In this document: positions 1 through 7,355 of the stretch, one piece after another
Layout of the letters: each line of letters starts with the position of its first letter
How positions within the stretch are numbered: position 1 is the first letter of the stretch
Source: Verrucomicrobiales bacterium
Lineage (GTDB): Bacteria > Verrucomicrobiota > Verrucomicrobiia > Verrucomicrobiales > V1-33
Assembly: GCA_031411295.1 (NCBI GenBank)
Contig: JANOAV010000210.1
Location: 1-27,116 of the forward strand
Length of the DNA stretch: 27,116 bases
Reading direction: 5' to 3'
Made by a program: the position numbers and the translations under genes
The notes under the pieces: model-generated
What the model was told of the DNA's origin: nothing
Database searches by the model: none
The model's input: the letters and a program-made list of their open reading frames with translations, nothing else

Positions 1-11
1 AGACACAGTTC

Positions 12-35
12 GAACCGCCTAAAGGCGGAACTCCG
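12..35. repeat. REP-like palindrome (GAACCGCCTAAAGGCGGAACTCCG)
   Basis: CCGCC-TAAA-GGCGG hairpin followed by AACTCC; the reverse complement reads GGAGTTCCGCCTTTAGGCGG, a REP-like layout. Any partner copy would lie outside the window. Confidence 0.55.
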
Positions 36-376
36 AGCCTTATCTTGTGGAATAATCACTCCTAGAGCCGTCCAGCGGAATCCCACTGCCACTGCCGCAC
101 CAAGAGGGGGGGGCAAAAAAACTGCAGAAAGTTTGTAACGAAACGAAATTTTTCCAGTATTCCCTTGTGACAACTTTTCACGAGGCCAGACGGGTTTGGC
201 TTCATGGAGTTGCCTGAACCTTCACTTCGCTGCTTCCATGTTTCGGCTCCTGCGCCATTACCGCTGTTCGCTTGCTGCGTTGCCTTTCCCGGCTGGGAAA
301 GAGGGGGCGGTTTTGCCATCGGAGGGGTTCCTGAACCGCCGTTGGAGGGGTTTTTCGATGATTTTTGGGCTCCTAG

Positions 377-754
377 CGGTTGGCCGGGGACTCCTGGCGG
401 TTGGTCGGGATCTCCCGACGGTTGGCCCGGAACTCCCGACGGTTGGCCCGGAACTCCCGACGGTTGGTCGGGAACTCCCGGCGGTTGGCCGGGAACTCCC
501 GGCGGTTGGTCGGGAACTCCTGACGGTTGGCCGGGAACTCCCGACGGTTGGCCGGGAACTCCCGACGGTTTGCCGGGAACTCCCGACGGTTGACCGGGAG
601 CTCCCGACAGTTGGCCGGGAACTCCCGACGGTTGGCCGGGAACGCCCGACGGTTGGCCGGGAACTCCCGACGGTTGGCCGGGAACGCCCGACGGTTGGCC
701 GGGAACTCCCGACGGTTGGTCGGGAACTCCCGGCGGTTGGTCGGGAACTCCCGG
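377..754. repeat. Tandem array of 18 x 21-bp units, consensus CGGTTGGCCGGGAACTCCCGA
   Basis: Counted unit by unit: 18 contiguous 21-bp units with no indels and no spacers. Each unit has an internal palindrome CGGGA-AC-TCCCG. Confidence 0.97.
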
Positions 755-826
755 GGGATCCGCTTCAGTTGCCGGAGGGCCACCGGGAAGGGTGCCATTT
801 GCCACTTTTTACAACGCTTTCTTTTT

Positions 827-1708
827 ATGAAACCACTGCATTGGGACGCCGTCGATGAGCAAGGAGAACCGTATCGATATGATTCGCCCAACTTGCGGTG
901 GGGCTTCATTCTCGAGCCCGGTGACGAGGGGTATGTGCCCCCCGTGCCGCTCAATCCAAAAACAAAAACCCAACTGAAACCCATGAAACATCAGAACTAC
1001 TACCCGAGCAATGTTCCGGCCCAGATTATCTGGCTGGAGAATTTTCGGAATAAAATATCCAACCATGCCACCGTGGTGGGCGTCAGCGTGGCGGCTTGCG
1101 CGGCGGCCATCGCGGATGCGCGTTGGCTGATCTATCTGCTGGGCTCCTGGCTGCCCGCCGAGCGGCAATGGCATAAATCCCTCCCGGAGGCCATGGCCCG
1201 GGCGCAAAATTCCTCCAATGACATTTTGATGGTGCTGCCCGTGTTCGTGCCGCCGCCCTTGCCGCCCGCCGAACCCGCCAATGGCCTGCCAGCGGTGGTG
1301 CCGGTGAAGGAGGGGGCGCTGGATCGGATCTTCAAACTGCTGGCAGAAATAAAGGCTGACGCGGGATACAACGAGAGCATCGGCACGGATCTGGGGGCCA
1401 TCGGCAGTGTCGCCACCGGGCCGGACTATGCCACGCTAGCCCCCGTGCTGAAGTTGAGTCTGATGAACGGTCACGTGGTCGCAGGCTGGGGTTGGGAGGG
1501 TTACAGTGCGTGGCTGGAGTCCTGTGAACTACAGGTGGACCGGGGCCAGGGCTGGGTGCCGCTGGCGGTGGATACCACGCCGAATTATACGGACACGATG
1601 GAACTGCCCACGGTGCTGACGAAATGGCACTACCGAGGCATCTACAACGTGGACGGGGCCCGGGTGGGGCAATGGAGTGCGGTGGTGACGATCGTGGTGG
1701 GGGGCTAG
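827..1708 (+). CDS. Hypothetical protein with helical N-terminal part and beta-rich, possibly FN3/Ig-like C-terminus; alternative start ATG 983
   Basis: The ORF track extends this to 527 only because the repeat has no stop codons. First ATG after the array is 827 (MKPLHWD...), second is 983 (MKHQNYYP...). Protein-like composition; C-terminus ...DTTPNYTDT...WHYRGIY...VGQWSAVVTIVVGG. Confidence 0.85.
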   Translation: MKPLHWDAVDEQGEPYRYDSPNLRWGFILEPGDEGYVPPVPLNPKTKTQLKPMKHQNYYPSNVPAQIIWLENFRNKISNHATVVGVSVAACAAAIADARWLIYLLGSWLPAERQWHKSLPEAMARAQNSSNDILMVLPVFVPPPLPPAEPANGLPAVVPVKEGALDRIFKLLAEIKADAGYNESIGTDLGAIGSVATGPDYATLAPVLKLSLMNGHVVAGWGWEGYSAWLESCELQVDRGQGWVPLAVDTTPNYTDTMELPTVLTKWHYRGIYNVDGARVGQWSAVVTIVVGG

Positions 1709-1735
1709 CTCCGGGCGGATAGCCGAAAAACAGAC

Positions 1736-1767
1736 GAATGACGAAGGGGGCAACTCCTTCGTCATTT
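1736..1767. terminator. Probable bidirectional terminator hairpin between convergent genes
   Basis: GAATGACGAAGGGG-GCAA-CTCCTTCGTCATTT: 14-bp stem (2 G-U pairs) with a GNRA loop, between the stop at 1708 (+) and the trpE stop at 1779 (-). Confidence 0.75.
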
Positions 1768-1778
1768 GGCGTTAGAGC

Positions 1779-3284
1779 CTACAGCAACTTCGCCCGTTCA
1801 ATGGCGCGCACCATGGCGGCGGATTTGTTGACGGTTTCGTTGTATTCGTATTCGGGGTCAGAGTCAGCCACCACGCCCGCTCCAGCTTGCACGTAGGCGT
1901 AGCCGTCTTTGACCACGCAGGTGCGCAGCGCAATACAGGAGTCCAGGTTGCCATCGAATCCAAAGTAGCCCACCGCTCCGGCGTAAGCGCAGCGCTTGTG
2001 CTTTTCCAGGGAATTGATGATCTGCATGGCGCGCACTTTCGGGCTGCCGCTGACCGTGCCCGCGGGAAAGGTTGCCTGCATCACGTCGTAAGCGGTCTTG
2101 TCAGGGTTGAGTTTGCCCCGCACGTTGCTAACGATGTGCATGACGTGGCTGTAGCGCTCGATGATCATGAGATCGTCCACTTCCACGCTGCCATATTGAG
2201 AGACGCGGCCGACATCATTGCGCGCCAGATCTACCAACATGAGATGCTCTGCGCGTTCTTTCTCGTCGGCCAGAAGTTCGGCGGCTAGCGCGTTGTCTTC
2301 CTCCTCCGTCTTGCCTCTCCAGCGGGTGCCGGCAATGGGGCGAATGTCGATGCGGCCGTTTATGGCACGGACGTGCACCTCCGGGGAACTGCCGACTAAT
2401 GCAAAGCCTTCCGCCAGTTCCAGACAGAACATATACGGGCTGGGGTTCACATGCCGCAGCGCGCGATACAAGTCCAGGGGCCGACCGGCGTATTCCACTG
2501 CGAAACGTTGGCTGGGGACGAATTGGAAAATGTCACCTGCCTTGATGAACTCCTGTCCTTGGCGGACGATATCGCAATACTCTTCCTTGGTGGTGTTGCT
2601 GGGTGGTAAATTTGCTGGCACTGGCAAGGCCTTGGCGGGCATGGGGCGCACGTGCAGCGGCTTTTCCAAGCGGGCGATAATTTCCCCGATGCGTTGCCCA
2701 GCCCAAGCGTAAGCGGCATCCAGATCCGCGTGATCCGCCATGACCACATTCGCCACGACTTGGAGTGTGCGATAGCGATGATCGAAAATCACCAACGTGT
2801 CCGCCAGCAGAAAAACCAAGTCTGGCAAACCCAGCACATCCGGCGGTGGAGCCCCGATGGTGGGCTCGAAAAATTGCACCATGTCATAGGCCAGATAACC
2901 GACCGCACCGCCGCTAAAGACAGGAAGTTTCGCACTGGGCACGGGCTTGAAGGCACTCATGTAGGCTTCGAGATCTCGCAGCGGATTGCTCTGCGTTTCG
3001 AAACTGCGGGAAACGCTGCCTTCCTGAATCGTGACGGTTTTGCCCTTGGCGGAAATGATGGCGCGCGGGGCGGCTCCCATGAAGGAATAGCGCCCGGCAT
3101 GGCTGGTCATTTCCGCAGATTCAAACAAGAAACGCGGTCCGCCATCCGCGATCTTTTCAAAGGCCGAAAGGGGCGTCTCGTAATCAGCCGTCAACTCTGC
3201 CCACACCGGCACAACATTGCCACGGGTGGTCAGGGACGCGAATTCCTCGCGAGACGGTTGTAAATCAAGTTCCGGCTGAGACAT
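1779..3284 (-). CDS. trpE: Anthranilate synthase component I
   Basis: Motifs FLFESAE, GRYSF, GGAVGYLAYD, GDIFQFVPSQRF, NPSPYMF, RPIAGTR, KERAEHLMLVDLARND, TFPAGTVSGSPK, QAGAGVVADSDP. ATG 3284 (MSQPEL) preferred as start. Confidence 0.95.
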   Translation of the reverse strand: MSQPELDLQPSREEFASLTTRGNVVPVWAELTADYETPLSAFEKIADGGPRFLFESAEMTSHAGRYSFMGAAPRAIISAKGKTVTIQEGSVSRSFETQSNPLRDLEAYMSAFKPVPSAKLPVFSGGAVGYLAYDMVQFFEPTIGAPPPDVLGLPDLVFLLADTLVIFDHRYRTLQVVANVVMADHADLDAAYAWAGQRIGEIIARLEKPLHVRPMPAKALPVPANLPPSNTTKEEYCDIVRQGQEFIKAGDIFQFVPSQRFAVEYAGRPLDLYRALRHVNPSPYMFCLELAEGFALVGSSPEVHVRAINGRIDIRPIAGTRWRGKTEEEDNALAAELLADEKERAEHLMLVDLARNDVGRVSQYGSVEVDDLMIIERYSHVMHIVSNVRGKLNPDKTAYDVMQATFPAGTVSGSPKVRAMQIINSLEKHKRCAYAGAVGYFGFDGNLDSCIALRTCVVKDGYAYVQAGAGVVADSDPEYEYNETVNKSAAMVRAIERAKLL

Positions 3285-3460
3285 GCCCGTTTCTAGTTCA
3301 CTTGAGGCATTTGGCAACGGAGAAAGTGGTAGCAATGTCTCGGTTCTCCCAACTAATGATCACTAGATCACTAAAGAAGCCTAAGTGCAGCAATGGGGTC
3401 TCCGGTTATCCACTCCCCAAAAACAAAAAGCAATCCGTGGTGTGAATCGCGAAGGGAAAG

Positions 3461-3535
3461 TGGAGCGGGCGAGGCGATTCGAACGCCCGACATCGACCTT
3501 GGCAAGGTCGCGCTCTACCACTGAGCTACGCCCGC
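3461..3535 (-). tRNA. tRNA-Gly (GCC)
   Basis: Reverse complement GCGGGCGTAGCTCAGTGGTAGAGCGCGACCTTGCCAAGGTCGATGTCGGGCGTTCGAATCGCCTCGCCCGCTCCA: cloverleaf, anticodon GCC, TTCGAA T-loop, encoded CCA. Confidence 0.98.
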
Positions 3536-3555
3536 AGATACTCTGCAGTGCCGGA

Positions 3556-3583
3556 ATTATGCGGAGAGAATTTCCCTGTGCAA
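3556..3583 (-). promoter_or_regulatory. Putative sigma70 promoter for tRNA-Gly
   Basis: Minus strand TTGCAC-16 nt-CATAAT, ending about 20 nt upstream of the tRNA. Confidence 0.55.
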
Positions 3584-3670
3584 GTTGTTTCTTAAATTTC
3601 TTTCTAGCGGGAGTCACAATTTGCGGTAAGAGACTGCCGTTCCATAAATTTCATTCCCCTCCCATCCTTC

Positions 3671-4474
3671 ATGAACAAGCTCCAGGAAATCATCGCCCAC
3701 AAACGCACCGAAGTCGAAAAACTGCTCCCGAAGCTGGAGTTGCTGCGCCTGGCTGCGCTGGAGCGGGATGATTTCCGATCCATGGAAGCCACCTTGAGCG
3801 CGGGGGATGATTATTTGAGTGTGATTGCGGAGGTGAAGAAAGCCTCGCCTTCCGTGGGGATTATTACGGAGGACTTTGATCCCGTGGCCCAGGCGATCGC
3901 TTATGACCGGGCGGGTGCAGGTGCGATTTCCGTGCTAACGGACGAGAAATTTTTTGCCGGGCACTTGAGTTACCTAACACGCATTCGGGCGGCAGTGGCT
4001 TGTCCGGTGCTGAGGAAAGACTTCATTGTGCATGAAGTGCAAATTTATGAAGCGGTGGTGGCGGGAGCGGACGCGATTTTACTGATCGTGGCGGCCCTGA
4101 CGCAAGAGGAATTGGTGCACCTGTTGGAGGTGGCACATAAACTACAGTTGGATGTGCTGGTGGAAGTGCATGATCGCGAGGAACTGGATCGGGCACTAGC
4201 CACGGATGCGCGGATCATTGGGATCAACAATCGCAACCTGAAGAGTTTTGTGGTCGATCTGACCACCACGGAGATCCTGAGTGAGGACGTGCCGGAGGAT
4301 ATCATCCTCGTTAGCGAGAGTGGCATCAAGACGGTGGCGGACGCCCGCCAAGTATGGGCCTGGGGCGCGAATGCGGTGCTGGTGGGAGAAAGCCTGATGC
4401 GTGCAGCGGATCCAGGCGACCTGCTCCGCAAATTCATCGAAGCGCCCTTGGAGGCGGATGCGGAGGTGGAGTAG
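3671..4474 (+). CDS. trpC: Indole-3-glycerol phosphate synthase
   Basis: VIAEVKKASPS, AISVLTDEKFF, PVLRKDFI, GADAILLI, LVEVH, IGINNRNL, VSESGI, AVLVGESLM. Confidence 0.97.
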   Translation: MNKLQEIIAHKRTEVEKLLPKLELLRLAALERDDFRSMEATLSAGDDYLSVIAEVKKASPSVGIITEDFDPVAQAIAYDRAGAGAISVLTDEKFFAGHLSYLTRIRAAVACPVLRKDFIVHEVQIYEAVVAGADAILLIVAALTQEELVHLLEVAHKLQLDVLVEVHDREELDRALATDARIIGINNRNLKSFVVDLTTTEILSEDVPEDIILVSESGIKTVADARQVWAWGANAVLVGESLMRAADPGDLLRKFIEAPLEADAEVE

Positions 4475-4503
4475 ATCGCATCAATGCGGAGCCGAACCGA
4501 AGA

Positions 4504-4532
4504 TTGACGCCCGCACGAACCACCGCTAACCT
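4504..4532 (+). promoter_or_regulatory. Putative sigma70 promoter, near-leaderless arrangement
   Basis: TTGACG-17 nt-TAACCT, 8 nt before ATG 4541; no SD sequence. Confidence 0.5.
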
Positions 4533-4540
4533 TGCCCCCT

Positions 4541-5080
4541 ATGAAAATTTATTTCCTCATCCTGCTCTCACTCCTTGCCGCGCTTACTTCCTCCATGACG
4601 GCGGCGGAGGAAATCATCTGGCACGTCAAAGCGGTGCATCCTGATGGCAAGCTCATCGACGTCAAAGCCATTGATGCCGCAGGGAAAATTTACTCTATCA
4701 AGGCTATCGAGACTCCCGGCAACGCTTGGTTGCTCGACGTCAAGGCACTCGTGGGAGACCAGAAATTGCCGGTTAAAGTTCTGGCCAGCGAGGACAAACT
4801 GGCTCCCGTGAAAGCGATTGGCGCAGACGGCACCATCTATGCGATCAAGGCCATTTTAGCTGATGGCACCAAGCTGGATGTCAAAGGAGTCGCCCAGCAT
4901 GGCAGCGTGATCGATATCAAGGCGGTCAACGAGAAGGGTGAATTCTATGGCGTGAAAGCCATCTCTGCAGCCGGCAAACTCTATGACCTCAAGGGGCTGA
5001 AAATGACGTCTGACAAGGTCGAAGCCACCGTCAACGGGGTGCCCGTAGCGGCTCACATCAAGGCCCTGCCATCGCCCTAA
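4541..5080 (+). CDS. Secreted hypothetical protein built of ~12-aa (V/I)K(A/G) repeats
   Basis: Signal peptide MKIYFLILLSLLAALTSSMTAA, then about 12 repeats such as LIDVKAIDAAGK, LAPVKAIGADGT, IYAIKAILADGT. Confidence 0.85.
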   Translation: MKIYFLILLSLLAALTSSMTAAEEIIWHVKAVHPDGKLIDVKAIDAAGKIYSIKAIETPGNAWLLDVKALVGDQKLPVKVLASEDKLAPVKAIGADGTIYAIKAILADGTKLDVKGVAQHGSVIDIKAVNEKGEFYGVKAISAAGKLYDLKGLKMTSDKVEATVNGVPVAAHIKALPSP

Positions 5081-5116
5081 CGCGTATTTCCGCAACCCTC
5101 GCGCACTGGGAAAGTC

Positions 5117-5452
5117 CTACTGCGGTTTGGGGGGCGGGGCTGGTTCTGGGGCTGGTGGTGGTGGCTCCGGGTCGTCTTTCGGAAAGCCGGAAGCGAACTC
5201 TGCCAAAGTTAGCTTGCCATTGGCATCCGCGTCCCGTTTGCGGAAGGCGAGGCTGATTTTGGCCTCGTCCGACTTCTTCTTGAAGAAGCCCGTAAACTCT
5301 TCGATGTTAAGAAAGCCATTTTGGTCTTTATCCAAGCGCTTGAACCACTCCTCAGGAGTGAGCTTGGGCTTGGCGGGTTTTACTGGCGGAACGGGTTCGG
5401 CGCCAGGAAAACTCCCGAGCAGGAGAAATCCGATCCATAGGACATGTTTAAT
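5117..5452 (-). CDS. Small secreted EF-hand protein (2 EF-hands, Pro-rich ends); start uncertain (ATT 5452)
   Basis: EF loops DKDQNGFLNIEE and DADANGKLTLAE. The frame stays open upstream of TTG 5335 through a signal-like segment IKHVLWIGFLLLGSFPGA. Confidence 0.75.
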   Translation of the reverse strand: MKHVLWIGFLLLGSFPGAEPVPPVKPAKPKLTPEEWFKRLDKDQNGFLNIEEFTGFFKKKSDEAKISLAFRKRDADANGKLTLAEFASGFPKDDPEPPPPAPEPAPPPKPQ

Positions 5453-5534
5453 GATAGCACTTTTATGATGGGAAAATTACCCGGCCTGCGCACCCTGCAA
5501 CTAGAGGTGAGCCGCCAATTCGCGTAGTTCCCTG

Positions 5535-5575
5535 AAACCAAAACTGGACGACCCCTCGGATGAGGAACCGTCCAG
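5535..5575 (-). terminator. Rho-independent terminator of pdhC
   Basis: Minus strand CTGGACGGTTCCTC-ATCC-GAGGGGTCGTCCAG followed by TTTTGGTTT, about 20 nt after the pdhC stop. Confidence 0.75.
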
Positions 5576-5594
5576 CTGATTTCGCAGCGGAAAT

Positions 5595-6830
5595 TTAGAT
5601 CAGCGCCAGGGCTGGGTTTTCGAGTAGTTTCTTAAGTGTCGCCAGATAGGTGGCTCCCACGGCTCCATCAATAACGCGATGGTCACAGCTCATGCCGACC
5701 CACATCCGGTCTCCCACCTCGAGTTCCCCCTTGGCATTGACCACGGCTTTCTTCTTGGCCGCTCCAATGCTCAGAATGGCCGCTTGCGGCGGATTGATGA
5801 TGGCGTCGAAATTGTCGATCCCATATGCTCCCAAGTTGGAAACAGTAATGGTGCCACCAGCGAACTCGTCCGGCGTGAGGCGCATTTTCTTGGCGCGATC
5901 AGCCAAATCTTTCACTGCATTGCTGATTTCCAAGAGCGTCTTCTTGTCGGCATCCTTGATGACCGGAGTGACTAATCCGTCTTCAATCGCGATGGCCACC
6001 GCCACATTGACCGAAGCGAACTGCACGATGCCATCGACATCGAAGGCCGCATTGGCTGCGGGGACTTGACGCGAGGTGGAGGCGACCGCTTTGAGAATGA
6101 AGTCATTCACGGTGTATTTTGCCCCCCCTGTGGCTTCAGCGGCGGCATTGACTTGCGCACGCAAGGCCAGCAACGGACCGGCATCGACTTCGATATTGAG
6201 ATAGAAATGGGGAATCTGCTGTTTGGATGCCAGCAAGCGCTCGGCAATGATGGTGCGCATCGGCGTGAGCGGCACTTTCTTATCATCTGGCCCAATCGTA
6301 GGCCGAATGACTGGCGTGGCTGAGGCGCGGGAGCCGCCCACCGGGGCGTGCTCCACATCCGCCCGCACGATTCGGCCGCCTGGGCCCGTGCCTTCCATCC
6401 CGCGCAGATCCACTCCGCGCTCCAGGGCGATTTTCTTGGCCAGCGGAGAAGCTTTGACGCGGGCATTGGGATCCACCTTCACGCCGGGGCGAGCCGGGCG
6501 GGCGGGTGCGCCCTTGGGCCCACCGGCAGCCTCTGGTTTGGCGGGAGCCGCTTTGCGGGCCGGAGCGCTGAGATCCGCGGGCGCTTCTTCTCCGTCTTCC
6601 AGCAACATCGCCAGCACCCCACCCAGTGGCACTGCTTCACCTTCTTGAACGTAAAATTTAAACAGGATACCGTCGCTGAACACGGGCATTTCCATGAGGG
6701 ATTTATCCGTTTGGATTTCCGCCACGACATCACCGGCAGCGACTTTGTCACCTTCCTTCTTGACCCAGCGGGCGAGGGTTCCCTCCACCATGGTGTCACT
6801 CAACTTGGGCATTTCTAAATACTTGGCCAT
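5595..6830 (-). CDS. pdhC: Pyruvate dehydrogenase E2, dihydrolipoamide acetyltransferase
   Basis: Single lipoyl domain (MPKLSDTMVEG...EIQTDKS), Ala/Pro linker, E3-binding domain (ASPLAKK...GTGPGGRI), catalytic domain with SNLG, IINPPQ and DHRVIDGA. Confidence 0.93.
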   Translation of the reverse strand: MAKYLEMPKLSDTMVEGTLARWVKKEGDKVAAGDVVAEIQTDKSLMEMPVFSDGILFKFYVQEGEAVPLGGVLAMLLEDGEEAPADLSAPARKAAPAKPEAAGGPKGAPARPARPGVKVDPNARVKASPLAKKIALERGVDLRGMEGTGPGGRIVRADVEHAPVGGSRASATPVIRPTIGPDDKKVPLTPMRTIIAERLLASKQQIPHFYLNIEVDAGPLLALRAQVNAAAEATGGAKYTVNDFILKAVASTSRQVPAANAAFDVDGIVQFASVNVAVAIAIEDGLVTPVIKDADKKTLLEISNAVKDLADRAKKMRLTPDEFAGGTITVSNLGAYGIDNFDAIINPPQAAILSIGAAKKKAVVNAKGELEVGDRMWVGMSCDHRVIDGAVGATYLATLKKLLENPALALI

Positions 6831-6978
6831 ATCTGGCCTATAGAACGCTGGTCAGCGAGTCCAGCAAGAGGAGATTTACCGGGCGCCTAAATTTTCTGCT
6901 GGCGAGAGCCGTGCTACCCAGAGCCCGACAGCACCGACAGCACCGTGACTCACAAAATTAATGGTCACGAGTCCTAAC

Positions 6979-7188
6979 GCCCCCGCCACAGCTCAGCCCT
7001 GCGTCCACTTGGTCAGTTGCGCGCGGACCTTCGGGGCGTTCGGGGTTTCGATGTGGCGGGGGCTTGCAGCCCCCAAGCCTGTGAGCAGGTAGGCACGATA
7101 AAGGTCCTCAGGCTGGTGCAGCGGGTTGGCTGCGGGATGCTGGGCCTGCGGGCTGGAAGCCCCCGCCACATCTCAGCCCTGCGTCCAC
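6979..7188. repeat. REP/BIME-like cluster: 30-bp direct repeats plus 23-bp inverted pair
   Basis: GCCCCCGCCACA(G/T)CTCAGCCCTGCGTCCAC at 6979-7008 and 7159-7188. Inverted pair GATGTGGCGGGGGCTTGCAGCCC (7050-7072) and GGGCTGGAAGCCCCCGCCACATC (7150-7172), 1 mismatch. Confidence 0.8.
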
Positions 7189-7355
7189 GTCGCGCGATGG
7201 CTTTCGGGATCTTGCCCATTTTGATCAGCTCACTAGCTGAAATATGGTCGGAGCACTCATTGCGGGGACTGTGGCATGGGTGTGTGAGGGTGACAAGGGC
7301 AAGCCTGGGCGGCTTTGTCGCACACGCGCGCTGTCAGAAATCCGTCGTTGGGTCT

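Noticed and set aside
377..754. CRISPR array
   Set aside because: Units are contiguous with no unique spacers, and there are no cas genes in the window.
62..984. Long ORFs across the 21-bp array (62..805, 196..858, 204..593, 373..984, and the 527 extension)
   Set aside because: The consensus unit has no stop codons, so several frames are open; substitutions hit all codon positions. A Pro/Gly-rich product from 62..805 cannot be fully excluded.
3285..3460. trp attenuator or TrpR operator upstream of trpE
   Set aside because: No short ORF with tandem Trp codons; the single CTAG in the GATCACTA repeat does not form the TrpR palindrome.
3461..3535. tRNA-Gly as an island integration site
   Set aside because: No integrase and no duplicate of the tRNA 3' end seen; it is flanked by core trp genes.
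3381..3792. ORFs 3381..3617, 3385..3771 and 3604..3792
   Set aside because: They overlap the tRNA or trpC and have no recognisable motifs.
6925..6945. (CCGACAGCA)2 microrepeat
   Set aside because: Too short to interpret.
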